A DNA stretch of 60,000 nucleotides, the filler included, from Hausera hauseri (lineage: Eukaryota), in the NCBI GenBank assembly GCA_046269625.1. It is 12 parts of 12 records of this genome, joined end to end, with 100 filler letters (N's around TTAATTAATTAA, not from the genome) between each part and the next. Parts side by side here need not be neighbours in the genome. Positions count along the whole stretch, not along the records: positions 22,124 to 26,928 come from JBJURY010429252.1; positions 27,029 to 32,321 come from JBJURY010288169.1; positions 32,422 to 36,814 come from JBJURY010604555.1; positions 36,915 to 41,107 come from JBJURY010708881.1; 8 more parts are not named here. One strand, given 5' to 3'. Each line of letters starts with the position of its first letter. Position 1 is the first letter of the stretch. Shown here piece by piece: positions 25,001 through 38,699 of the stretch. The notes under the pieces are model-generated. The model did no database searches and had not been told where the DNA came from. It was given only the letters and a program-made list of their open reading frames with translations. Both the position numbers and the translations under genes were made by a program.

Positions 25001-27028
25001 AATTGTATAAAAAGAATACTTTATTATTAACGATATGTTTATTATTTATTGACTCATTTGTAAAGTATAATTTGTGACTAGAGGATAAGATAGTTGTTAT
25101 GGGTTGTGAATTTAGATTATAGATAAGTTGACGATTTAATTATTTGAAAATGTTATTACCAATAAATTCTTTTGTTGCATAGTACTTCACCATTTTCTTT
25201 TGAAATCACTATTTCAAGGTTACTTATGAATTCTGCGCGAATCTAGATTTATTCCTAATTTCTCCTCTACGTTAACACACTTCATGACCTTACAGAGAAA
25301 GCAAACCACAAGCAGTACGATTGACTAACGTAAACCATACTGAATTACGCGTTTCTGCTAAACTATATTCTCGTATACTGTCTGACAAAAGAAGATTACT
25401 AAATGTCAGTGATTACGTAAAGAAAAACAACAGCTGGGTATTTTCTGTGTGAACTTGTTAATTAATGTGACGTGGTATTCATACATTAAAATTCATCACA
25501 CAATCCAAGTTATTGTGTGAATGTTACGTGAATGTCGACCGTTTTACTAGTTTTCTTCCTTCGCTTGGTTTATAGTTTTTTTCTGTCTCCTCCGAACATA
25601 AACTGGGTGTGGCCGCAGTTAATGATTGTTATTTCTTGTCCTGTTGCGGGTGAAGCGATGCTGCGTGCATGTTGTTCAAGTGGCTGGTAATATTGACTTC
25701 ATTGCTTATCGTTTGTACGTGATGGTGTGACTTCCGTGTCGTTTCTTTAAACCTGCCTTGCTCCAACTGACAGTGGCAGCCGCTGCCTTGACGAGAATCT
25801 CCACTGAAGGTCCTGGTCTGGTTATGTGATCTCGAAATGACTGACTTTGGTTGATATAATGTTAGAACGCGTGTAATATTAATGTCTTTCCCCGTTACAG
25901 TTAATATGAGTGGTTTGAGTGAATGTTACACAACGGTGATGAAAACTACACAGAAAGTAAATTCATTTCATAGTGGCATCATCTCCTACTCAACTTTTTG
26001 CGTGCAAATCTTTAGGTATGCTAGACCTATGGCCCATCTTCAGGATTAAACTGACACTCTTCACTCCAGCATCTCCTGTGATGCAGTAACATATAAAAGC
26101 TTGAGGCGTACTTGTAATGCCTGTGAGAATACATACAGTATTAAAGACTGAAGAGATTACAGAATGTCAAGATTGTGCCTTTAGAAAATTGCTTATACCA
26201 GTGCCGTAACAGTTTAGGTTTTATGTGTGAATGAGATATAATGTATCTTCTGCCGATTACTCATTTTTTTAAAATATCAGCTGTAATATTTTGTGAAATT
26301 TCAGTTACTGGTGTAAGCCAGGAGTAGCAGATAACGTATTTCATTCTTGTGCGTTGTCTTTACTTGATATTTTCCTAGCAGTGAAAATGTTAAAAACATA
26401 GCCGATTATGTGGCACCAATTCTTGTCGGATATGATCAGTTACACGACTTCAGGCATTTGTATAAAAAAACAGAAGGACTGACCACACTAAGTAAAATGG
26501 AAAAAAAACTTACGACAAAGTTATTCCTATTAGACGGGGTTTGGGCAAAAGGTGAGATGAATATGAGTAAACATAGCTTTATGGATTTTTACAAATAATA
26601 ATAAGGACGAAAATAAGTCATACAATCATATTATCATTATTTTTCAAAATGAAAATGTCTATCCCAGCTCACAAAAGGTGATAAAAAAAGGTAACAACTA
26701 CGGTAGCAGCAAGTCATTACGATCTAAGTTTCCCAGAGAAAGACTCAGTTTAATCACTTCTGGCCGATTCTGAAACAAAACTTGTTAACATAAATTCCTA
26801 CACTCATAACAATATCAACCTACCGACGTGAATATTTCATCCGATAATAACACCGTCAAAAAGAAGCCAAGTGTGAACTTTCATTTCCAGTACATTCCTG
26901 AAACAAATCATTTGTTTAAAGATAACAGNNNNNNNNNNNNNNNNNNNNNNNNNNNNNNNNNNNNNNNNNNNNTTAATTAATTAANNNNNNNNNNNNNNNN
27001 NNNNNNNNNNNNNNNNNNNNNNNNNNNN

Positions 27029-27746
27029 AATAAGAATGCCACATAGGATGGATATTTAGAGATTGGTCATTTTCCATGACTATGAAGAGGAAAAACCTTT
27101 ACATGAAATCTACAAGTTGGCATGCAAGTCAGCGATTGCTATATGGGGTCGAACCAGAATGCCGATTCAACTAATAGACGCATGCATCAGAAAGCTGAAA
27201 AAACTACATGAAAAGTATTTATCCATAAAGAAACATAGAACTAGGCAACGGGAAGGTGATAGACAGAATGAAGAAATCTGTAAAACTAAACTCAAACAGC
27301 TGTTCGATATTGCTACAAAAGATGTTTTGATTCAACTCAAAAATGAAGTTCGAGAATTTCTACAAAAGCAAAGGAACGTGTTTTCTTTCAGTATGAGTGA
27401 ATTTGACCTTCAAACAACTTTTAAAAAATTCAGAGAGCGTAAGAAAAAGAAAGCCATGGCAAAAGTAAGATATGCAGAAAGGCAGACGAAAGCAATTTCC
27501 AGTCCAACATCGGAATTTTCTTCAGTACCATCTACTGAGTATGAAAGCGAAGATGAATATCGATCTTTGAAATCGGTGTATATTGAGGTTGCCACTAATG
27601 ATGCAGTAATAGAAACACCTAAGAATATCTTTACATCCCTTGTAGTTGTTGGTGCTCTGGATAGATTTAATCTTTCTGACCCCAGTGCGGTATTTGTTGC
27701 AGGAACCATTATTCAGGCTCTTGGTCATGAGATTCTTGACACAACA
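27029..27746 (+). mobile_element. DDD/E DNA transposase N-terminal half (Sola2-like; family label tentative)
   Basis: IWGRTRMP..KLKKL..QLFDIA..EVREFLQKQR..ALDRFNLSD..ALGHEILDTT. Confidence 0.75.
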
Positions 27747-27959
27747 TGCAGTGCTCACATTAGGCATAAAACACATAGATGTGTAATTTATTTTTTGTTT
27801 AAATAATCATGTCTAGTTTTGTGCTTTTTTCAGTCAGAATTGTTATGTTATTGTTACATATCGTATTATCTGACTGCTACTCAAATTCCCTTTACGTATA
27901 AATCTTTTATGAAAACAACTTCAAGTTTATTTTATTGAGTGACAAGTTTATAAAATTTT

Positions 27960-30420
27960 ATAATGGAAACATCTCAATTGTATGTGATTATTATGTCGAA
28001 AGATGTCAATTTGCAAATCATTAGATCGTAATTATTTCATCAATTTCTATGATGATAAAAAGATTGCCAAATCGAAAATCGTACGGGGATCACAAATGGA
28101 ACATACAATGAAAACCCGTTAGATTACTCCATGCAACGTTTAACGGGAGTTGAGGAAATCGAAACCAAATTCTTTTAGTTCTAAGTATCGTCCGGTGGCA
28201 TTTCGTTTAAGGAATTCAAACAGCTGATCATTGAGAATCCAATTGAAAGTTTGTGCCATAGGAACAATATCCTGAATTTGTACAAATATGACATCATGGA
28301 TCCAGAATCAATAGTGTCAGAAATAAACCAAAGGGATTCCGAAAAAGCCCTAGTAGGTCAGGCTCGACTGTTGGAAAACTCGTACATGCACGGTGGACAT
28401 ATTTAGTTTTAATGAGCGAACTCCGCAGTCAATTTTTGGACATTAAAATTGTCAGTCATCTTCGTTTAAAATGTTCTGTAAAGGCACATCCAAAAATCAC
28501 CCAAGAAAATATTGCATCAAACTCTACCGTTTGGCGTAATATGTATCGATCTAATCATAGACTAAAATCTCAATCTGGATTCGAAATAAAAATTTGGAAA
28601 TTTCGTCCTTGAAATTGCTGAAGTTTTGTTTATTGTCGCTGGTAAAAATTTCTCACCCGTCGAAGCGACATATTACAAATTATCCGAATGGATGACTTCC
28701 GAGTAAGGTTCTGAGATAATGGCACAGCTTTTTAATCTTTATCAAAATTCTTTGTCAGTGATGTTAAAACTAATGTTCAATGTCTTTTTCGACAAAATTG
28801 GAAGGTACTTCGAGTTCAAGACATTCCGTTCCATAATTATTGATGTTAAACTATGTTTGAGAGATATTGCCATTGAAAATTTTGATTACTTACAGTGCAT
28901 TCTAAACTTCTTATCTGGACAAATAAACGTGGAACAAATAAAGAATGTAATATTTCCCTTGTTAAACTATTTTCGAATTTACCTAATACACGTGGAGATT
29001 TGAGGGAAACATTTCTGTCGACATCATCAAGGTTAATTAGTATGCTCAACAGTATTGCTGAATTTATGGTCACTCTTGCTCCTTTTGGATGGAATTCACC
29101 ATCATTTTCTAAGATCAGATGCTCTTTTGTTTGTGTTCTTCTGCAGTTAGAATCATATTGGAATTCTACTACAGTTTCTTCTGATGTCACAGATTTTAAT
29201 ATATGTCTTCGACATCTAGCTGCCTTGTCAAATTGCATCCAATCAGACTGTGACTTGCTTATGGATGTCCTTGAAAAATTTGTTCACCATGATATTGTCA
29301 TTGTTAAACACACCGAGTCCCAACTTCATTTATTTTGGTATCAAAAAATAAATAGCATTTCTTTGTTTCATTGGGATAAGTTACAGAAGTAATCCGAATT
29401 CGTCAGCCATGTTATCGAAAAACTTTGGACAAAATTTGCGAACGAGTCTCACGACAAATTCTCAAATCCATTTATTTGAAACACTCCTGATTTTTCTAAA
29501 CTACAGTATGTCAGACTACTTAAATCTTAATAAAAGTCCATTAACATTCTTTAAAATGTTGATTCGAGTTATCGATGAATTCGGTATACTGGCAGTTTTC
29601 TATTCAGGTGAATGTATTGATATATTCTCTAAAGACCTGTTTGATAAATTACATTTGACCATATTTGAGTCTACAACAGGAACAGTGATCAGAACTCTCT
29701 GTACTCTTGAAAGTATACCGTTAGTGAAACGTTATGTCAATAAGAAACATTTGATGAATCTGTTATTGAATCCAAGAATTTTTTTGCCACAAGTTTTTGC
29801 TGTCAATGTTGAAGTTTGTTCGAAAAAGCTTCTGAACATTTTGTTGAATTTCACTAGAGATTTTCTGTTTTACATTCTCTATGTAAATGGAAAACATAGT
29901 AGAAATTCGTACTAATTTCTCAGACCTTTACAATGAATTTTTGTCTCAAATGTTAAAGGGATTTATACCAATATCTACCAAACTCGCTGAGTATAACTAC
30001 GACTTGCTGCATGGAGTAGAATCTACCATACGTCCTTCAACAACTGTTAATTCTTGGTGTGGGCATTTCAGTTCAACCATTTCTCAAATGTCGCGTCTAA
30101 AATTTTTCTGTTCGTGCTTACCGGCACGTGCTTACATTCTTGATCTAATACCGCATAATCATCGCTTCATTGTTGAACTCATCACAGTCTGAAAGATCTT
30201 TCTTGATACATTATTTAATGAAATTCGCTCAAAGGGCAATTTAAGCTTGCCGTCGATTGTGAAAATCAAAATCTGTTTATTATTGAGTATGGCCATTTTA
30301 CTCTTCTCAACAGTATGGTGTCTTACGTTTACCTGTCTAATTCAAATATGAAACAACGTGTCAGCATTTGCGATCCACAAATCCTCTATTTTACAAAGAA
30401 ATCCAATCAATTGACCAAGC
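27960..30420 (+). pseudogene. Unidentified Leu-rich, helical-looking host-type gene fragment, possibly with about 25-nt introns
   Basis: Chain of close or overlapping plus-strand ORFs (28412, 28719, 28895, 29409, 29887). GT-AG 25-mers at 28703-28727 and 29899-29923 link open frames. A full model could not be resolved. Confidence 0.4.
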
Positions 30421-30639
30421 AACAACACGGTGCGACAGACACAGCTTGAATCATTGATTCACTTCCAAGTATCAATACTTCAAATTTTTATACAATGTCC
30501 TTCGTCCTTTGGCTAAACAAACGCCCCAAACAAAAAATATTAGAACATCTAACCAACAATATGACACAATTGTCTGTTGATAATAATCAGACTACTGTAA
30601 TTTCAATCAAAACTTATCAACAACTCATAATATCACTCA

Positions 30640-31300
30640 CACTACCACCGAGTCAGATGCTGCGTATGAGCCTAGGTCCCCTAATGGAGTTTATTCCCCC
30701 CTATATTTCGGTGCCACTGCAGCGTCGCTCCATCCTCGGTTTCTTGTCCCAGGTCCCACTGTTATTTATTTTTTCTTTCAAGATAAACATTTACATACAT
30801 TTCACACACACAAACTACGCCACAACATTTATACTCTTTCATCACAAATTACCTTCCTTTTAAAAATGTCTACCTTCATCTCAATGGTTTCCTTCTTCAA
30901 CCCACAGAAGATTCATCTTTTACCACGCCTTACCAGTCTTTTTCTTCCATCATATCTATCACATCTCACCTTTTGGTGGCTCCGACTCTAATCTACACAA
31001 AACATAAAAAGCCACATACCATCCAAATAATACATTTGCCGAAATCAAATACCAATTCTTCTTTCCAGTACGTGGAATTCTTTCTTAACAACGAAAACTC
31101 GCCACGCACTTGGCTTGACTTTCACTCACGTTGGGTCAACGCACATAATTTTACTGACCCATTTCTTAAGGCCAACAGCCTGCTTGTTTATTTACCCTCT
31201 ACTTAAAGTCTCGTTTGTCAAATCTGTTTGAAATATTCGCTGAAGCTGATCGTACAATCCTCTCTACGCTGCAATACTTAAACTTACTGAATTATCTTTT
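30640..31300 (+). mobile_element. Ty3/gypsy (Mag/CsRn1-like) leader and gag N-terminal relic
   Basis: FFLNNENSPRTWLDFHSRWVNAHNFTDPFLKANSLLVYLP resembles the gag at 36915-37330; the leader shares ATAAACATTTACA with that copy. Confidence 0.6.
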
Positions 31301-31447
31301 GTAATGGATGCAGATTTGGGGATGTTGCAACCCCGGTATTCTAGGAGTGTAGTGAAACACCCCAAAAAGTAAGCAAGTTTTTATTTCAGTGCACCTTTTT
31401 CACCTCTTTCAAGGCGAATTACTACATAACAATAATCCTAAAAAACA

Positions 31448-32321
31448 CTATCTAGAAGTTCGATCAGACGATGTCGAATGCAAGTTAGAAGAGATGTCGC
31501 AACAACAGAAGAAACAAAAATTTCCTTTAGTGGTCCTCTTCTTGTACACTGGGATGGAAAATTGTTATAAGATATAGATGGATCAAAGGTAGACCTATGT
31601 GCTATCATTGTTCCTGGAAATGGGGATAAAACGTAACTGGGTATATCAAAGATAGGAATAGGAACAGAAGAGACACAGACAAGTGATTGTGTTGATGCTG
31701 TCAAGAAATGAAACCTAAGTTAAAACATAAAAGGTCATGTCTTTGATACAACAGCAAGCAATACAAGACTTCTCAAAGGAGCTTGTGTCCGACTTAAAAT
31801 TTTTTTGAGAATTGCATTAGTTTGGATCTTGTGTCACCATCATGTAATGTAAATCATGCTGCATGACGTCTTCTGTTGTCTGTTTGACTGAACCGAAAGC
31901 CTACAAACAAAACATTTCAAGCGATTTCAGAAGCAGTGACCATTGATAAATCAGTCGTATTTTGCTAATGCAAGTGATGATTTCTTTCACGATTCTATAC
32001 TAGGCAACCTACATCGGGGAATGCTCGATTATGTGCTTCGTGAACCTAAAACACAACAAACACGTGATGATTATCACGAAATATTGCACTTGTCTCTCTT
32101 TTCCTTGGTTAACAATACCCTGGTAAAGTAATTCGAGCACCGGAGTTTACACATCACGCGCAGTGGATAGGGTGAGCTATTTACGTACTGAAGTTATTCA
32201 TATTCAGAACACAGTCCCAGATGACAGCATAGAAACTCAGCGACATACCAAAGTTGGTTTTTTGTCAGTCTTATGTATGTCAAATAATAGAATGAAGCGC
32301 CAATTTAGGACGGCATACAAT
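31448..32321 (+). mobile_element. Catalytic C-terminal half of the same Sola2-like transposase, decayed
   Basis: LSRSSIRRCR..LLVHWDGKLL..VFDTTASNT..GACVRL..CHHHVM..RDDYHEILHL..HHAQWIG*AIYVLK. Confidence 0.8.
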
Positions 32322-32421
32322 NNNNNNNNNNNNNNNNNNNNNNNNNNNNNNNNNNNNNNNNNNNNTTAATTAATTAANNNNNNNNNNNNNNNNNNNNNNN
32401 NNNNNNNNNNNNNNNNNNNNN

Positions 32422-33560
32422 ACCTGACATATTTCCATAGCTAATACAACCGGCGTGGTTGATAATCGAAAATAAATAGGGGTTTAGAATTCTCCTGCTT
32501 TGATTTCTAGTGTAGTTCTTGATGTTAGTATAGCTTCTTTGAAATTTACACTACCATATGTTTCATGTTCAGATCTAAGTTGAATTTTTCCTTGAGCCAT
32601 ATGTATAAACATATTTTTATATAGAAATTTTAATCCAAGGATAGTGCTTAATTTAACATCATATAGTATTTTGTTAATCCGAACAATTTGAAAGGTTCGG
32701 TTATTTGTTGTCATTGTTTTTAGATTATTATGTAAGAATTTTGCCTCGGGGAACAAGACATCGTCTGTGGATTTAACAAATTCCAATATCGTATTATAAA
32801 ATTGGGGTGGGAAGGTATTTTTTGGTTCTTGATGGTATTTGACAAATTTATTAGATAGTTCTTTTCATGTTCTATTTAATATTATGTCTTGTTAGCATTC
32901 TTACACATTCGGGGTTATTGAATCTTGCAATTTGAGACATTTGTCGAGTGGAAGATAATCAATTTTTTACTCCTTTTCGTCGTATTTCTATCACCGATTT
33001 TATTTTCTGGATATTAGTGGAAATTGTTTTTATGGTAATTGTCGCTAGAATACCTCTTATCGTAGGTGGCTGAATTGGATTGCTAAAAGAGAATATTGAT
33101 TGTATCGACTGCGATGGTAGCACGACCATTCTTTTAGGATTTGCTATTACTGATTTGATTGATTGGTCTGAATCTGATTCATCGGATGATTTATCTAGAT
33201 CAACATCTACTTCCATGTTTATCGGAAGATTATCCCTTTGTTTAGGGCTGTTGTCTGGAGTTAATACTGAATCGGATTTTAATACATTCACTTTTTATAG
33301 AAGATATATCAATATAATAAAATTTTCTTAATAGTGTAACGTCTTTAATAGAGTAGGTGGTTACCAAATATGTTTTCTGCTGGCGGTTTTCTACTGGTCT
33401 TTTAGACCTTGTATAAGGTGTCGTGCTTTTGTTTTCACATTTGACTGTTGGTATGCAAAGCTTACTTATTTCTTGTGTGTGTAAGTTTGGGTTTGTATGT
33501 AATATTAGATTTTTTAATTTCCCAAACGTCCATTTCCCACTCCATACCATAATCTGGTTT
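32422..33560 (-). mobile_element. Probable LTR-retrotransposon gag-pro relic
   Basis: Chain of minus-strand ORFs (33550, 33291, 32786) with PINMEVD and protease-like TILGLKFL; no intact catalytic motif seen. Confidence 0.35.
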
Positions 33561-34041
33561 GCTATTTACTAAACATATTAAACTAGTGGAAAGTAATAGA
33601 GTTTTATTTATTTTATTTCGTTTTTTTTGCAAGTAAAGTCAGACCCTGGAGTCAGACTGCTGGCTGAAATAAAAGCACCTTTTTTCTGTCTCCTCTCCCT
33701 CGTCCTTTCAGTAATAACATCTCTGTGAAGCAGCTTTTTAGTGGACATTCGCATTTCTGTGCTTGAGCATACTCCAGGTTCACCAGATCTAGCTTCGTTC
33801 AATTTCTGTCTGTGCTTGAAAGTAATAAATTCATTAAGTGAACATATTTTCAGTCAGTGGAAAAGGTGAAAGCAAAAACCAACAACAGGAGATAACTCTA
33901 TTCACTGTAACCAAGGCTTAAAAGAAAAACTAAATCAGATACAAAGACAAGACAAAATTGTTCGTCTCCGGAATCATGAAAGTCAACTACACTAACAACA
34001 CAATACAATAAACATTTGATACTTGCTAAGAAATTCATTTA

Positions 34042-34262
34042 AAAAGAATTGTTCCTGGAATCAGAAGAATCATCGTGAGATGATTATTTAATTGATATTT
34101 CTAACTCCAATTTAATACAGTTTAGACTAAGGAAACTACCATTAATTAACAGAATTATTCGAAGAAAAGATTGTTCTTTGATCAGAAGAATCATCGTGAG
34201 ACGATAATTTAGCTGATTATCTTAACTTACATTTAATACAGAGTATCATTAATTGACGGAAT
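34042..34262 (+). repeat. Imperfect tandem duplication of about 120 bp
   Basis: TTGTTC..ATCAGAAGAATCATCGTGAGA..TTTAATACAG..CATTAATT occurs twice, starting near 34042 and 34165. Confidence 0.8.
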
Positions 34263-35079
34263 CCGCCGTAAGTTTACCAGTGCGATTAAATTATTACAAA
34301 GCCATTACGATTACTCCTTGAAAAATGAATTCGTACGAGGATAATGAACCTACAACAAGAGAGAATGGTAAATCATTGTGGATTAATTAGCTATTGATAC
34401 CGTTACTGTTGCCACTGATAATTTGTATGAATTTTGTATAAATAAATTTTGTATTAATAATTGAACAATGCATGGGTTGATAGGGATGCCTGACAGCGGA
34501 ACCTGCATCAACGACATTACAAATTAAGAATTTAGATGCGTCATAACTAATGATATGTATTCCACGAAACACGTTTATCTGGATGGCGAATTGTAATTAT
34601 TAAACGAGTCCTTATCGTTTAGAATATGCATGAAAGGTTGGCTTCGAGGATCATAGGTCGTATCGAGTATTGATCACAATCGGATATGTCGAACGAATGT
34701 AAAAGTTGTATATTAATTTCAGTTCGAAGATAGAAATTGTGATTTATATATTGTGATATAATATTGGTGGTAACAAATGATTTCATACATTCTCTGAATG
34801 TGAACTTTTGATTGATAGAAAGAATTTCGACAGAATATATTTATGTAGATTGAGAGAACGTAGACGAGTTTTGATTTTTCATATTAGTATATATGACACT
34901 TAATGAAAAGATATTACTTATGAAATGTTATTGCCAATACTTTAGCACGATGGCGGTTGTTATGAAAGTTGATACAATGATGACGTTGATTATGCTGTGC
35001 GTCAACTAAGACTGAAATTATATGAAACCGATTACATCGTATGAACCATTACAGAAGTCTATAAATGCTCTCTTTTGTA

Positions 35080-35510
35080 TTCTTGTATAAATTGGTTAGC
35101 CAGTGACTCGGAGGAATTCATAACTAACTATGCATGTAATAATGGTAATTTGTAAATAAGTATATAATTGAGAGCGAATAATTTTCTTCCTTGCGTAATT
35201 ACTGTAGATTTATTACAACATGTTGGCCTTACAGGATTCCGACTGTTTGTCTAAGGGTCAACGTAAATCAATGAACCTATGATCGTTAACATTATTTGAT
35301 AACATTGAGGAAAATCAATCATATTAACGCCTTGAGGAAAACGATATGAATTGAGTTGATAAGGAATTAGAGTATGATAGAAAAGATTGGGATTACATGA
35401 AGGGAGAAACTACCGGTCGTACTTGTCACAATAGGGAATGAGCAAATAAATTTATAAATATGACGACGAGATCAATTGAAGAATTTACAATTCAGTTATA
35501 GGTAATAATG
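35080..35510 (+). pseudogene. Possible parvovirus NS1-like SF3 helicase relic
   Basis: Across frameshifts: ALQD..INEPMI..LEENDM..LPVVLVT..RSIEEF, resembling the Walker B / B' / C region; Walker A is not recognisable. Confidence 0.25.
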
Positions 35511-36429
35511 ATTGAAGGGCATAGGAAACATTAATTATTTAGAAACGAAATAATAAGATGCGCGAATACAGATATGTATATTTTGGTACATAGGTCCATA
35601 ACATGCTCCATGTAGCAAATCTGAATCCAAATGAATTTCAGGAACATAATTATTGTTACTATCTTTAGTGATGAAAGAGTGTGAAGTTTATACTGGAATA
35701 ATTTTAGAGGGTTTCTCAATGGAAAATTTGGAAAGACATTAAATATCCCATCCTCTTCAGGTCACTATATCAGTAAAATCCTGCTCCTATATATTTTACC
35801 CATCCTAAGTACAGTCCTTCAACAAGAGCAGAGCTACACAAAGCCCATGTGTCTATGAAGTGCCTGTGTCGTATTGAGGTCCTCTTGGGTTTCCCAATCT
35901 TTCCCCTATCAATCATATGTAAGATCAATTCAAATATCAACTCTGATCCAGTTCAAATTTGCCAGATCACACGAGTTAGTCACAACAGCTGTGGGCGGAC
36001 TTGATACAAAAAAGGATTCAGTGACTGCAACAAACTGCCACATGTATCCAAGCCCAAAGGAGAGCCACATCTTACTTACATGGGAACAGTACTGCCCCTG
36101 TACTTCCAACTCCAAGATACATTTGATTTGATACTTGTAATCATTATAATACAGTCACATTCAGATGCAGATTTATTTAATTTCCACCACTTTGTCTGAC
36201 TGCTTAACTTTTGTTTTGCACAGCTTTCCTTGTAATAATCTGAATATACTAAATTCCGGCATATACTGAGTGTTATGTGTCACACTTGTTTCAGGGCTGA
36301 AAGACCAAATACCAAGCCTCTCAGTCAGAGGGTCTCTCAAAGCTTAGACTGGTTTTCTAAGACAAGTTTCTGAACCGACAAAAAGCATGTATCAGTCAAC
36401 CTGGCTGTAAATGGGTATCTGGAACTGTA

Positions 36430-36814
36430 TGTCATCATCATCCTCTTCTGGTGCAAAGGCTGTCATAAATATATGTTTATCACAGTTCAAGTTGTCGCCA
36501 GTCATACATCTGCTACTGATTGTCCACCGTTCACGCAAACCATCTTTCTATCTTGTCAATTAATTCTTTTACCTGGTATTGTGGTGTCTTTGGAGACTAA
36601 ATTCTTCAGGTGTTCCTTCCCAGCCTGCTTCCTGTAATGCATTTTCATGTGATCTCCTTGCTGCCCCTGGGATTTTCAACCCTCTTGTGAGAAACTACAT
36701 CTTTGTTGCTGTCAAAGAATGTTCTGTTGGTTATTCATATCCAAGACTGACAGCCATATAGCATTATGGATCCAGTGTGACACTGTGGGACTCTTGTTTC
36801 TTAATAGCAATGTT
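36430..36814 (-). mobile_element. RTE-like LINE 3' relic, next to a SINE core-like motif
   Basis: Decayed C-terminal LINE-like coding followed by a short GAT repeat; TCAGTCAACCTGGCTGTAAATGGGTA at about 36390-36420. Confidence 0.4.
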
Positions 36815-36914
36815 NNNNNNNNNNNNNNNNNNNNNNNNNNNNNNNNNNNNNNNNNNNNTTAATTAATTAANNNNNNNNNNNNNNNNNNNNNNNNNNNNNN
36901 NNNNNNNNNNNNNN

Positions 36915-37780
36915 GTAGTTCGGGGTTGTGTTCTTTAGTGACGCCGAGAGTGTGCAGATGTGCCAAAGACGTGCGTAAAAATTCTGATGGTCGTTGTGTG
37001 CCTATAGCATTGTCGTGGGAGAAGCGTTGTATGATCGTGCCCATTGAGGTCTCTGTGATCTCAAGAACAGCGTTGGAAAGTTGTGAATATGGATCAGGAA
37101 GTTCAAAGATTTCAAGCATGTTGTGAATTCGTGTTTTGATATTATTACGGAGTAAGAAGAGGAGATTGTGTGCCTTGGTTAAGGAATCGGTGATATTGTT
37201 TGCCTGTAGCCATAGCTGATGAAATTGCAACCACATTTTTCTGGAGCCTTGGTTGTCAATGAAGAATTTGGTGAAATAAGGAAAGAAGCGAAAAAGGCAG
37301 TAGGTGAAAGGTTATTAACGGAAGTAGGGGTGGGTTTTTGAAGCAGTATTACAGGTTTTGGTTTCATGGTGGTTTTATACGTGGTTTTTATGTTTGGCGA
37401 TGAGTTTATGCCACCGCGGATACGGAAGTGTATGTGGAGGTGGATATAAGTGGAGGAAGGTTGCAGGGTCCCAACGGGAGGTACCGTGGAGCCGTGGTGT
37501 GAGGTAAACGTCAGGTGGGCGAAGAAAAGTGGAGATGACGTTGTAGACAGCCGCAGTGTTTAAGTGTGTTAATGCGGTTGTGTAAATGTTTATTATTTTA
37601 ACAAAGAGGGAATACGGAGATATCATGTAGCCAGGGACGTGTCATGGGGCGTCAGCGAACGGTGCCGCCTGACTCAATGGTATAGGTGGGCGGCCGGGAC
37701 TTCGGTCTCGCCGCGGCGGATCACAAACTCCGGGATAGCCTAGTTCCCCGCATGCAATGTTTCTCCATCGGTCACTTTCG
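36915..37780 (-). mobile_element. Ty3/gypsy (Mag/CsRn1-like) gag with upstream leader or LTR-like segment
   Basis: WLQFHQLWLQANNITDSLTK..PDPYSQLSNAVL..IGTQRPSEFLR (LGDRKPSxxL-type gag); AATAAACATTTACA at 37594-37581. Confidence 0.75.
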
Positions 37781-37799
37781 GATCCGATAGAATGAGTTT

Positions 37800-38657
<858 letters not shown>

Positions 38658-38699
38658 TTAGAACCGTTTCTCAGATTTGACGGGGGCTTTCTTGGTTGT

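Noticed and set aside
26400-26700. Possible second SF3 helicase relic (NGKK..GEMNMSKHSFMDF)
   Set aside because: Too degenerate to support without a search.
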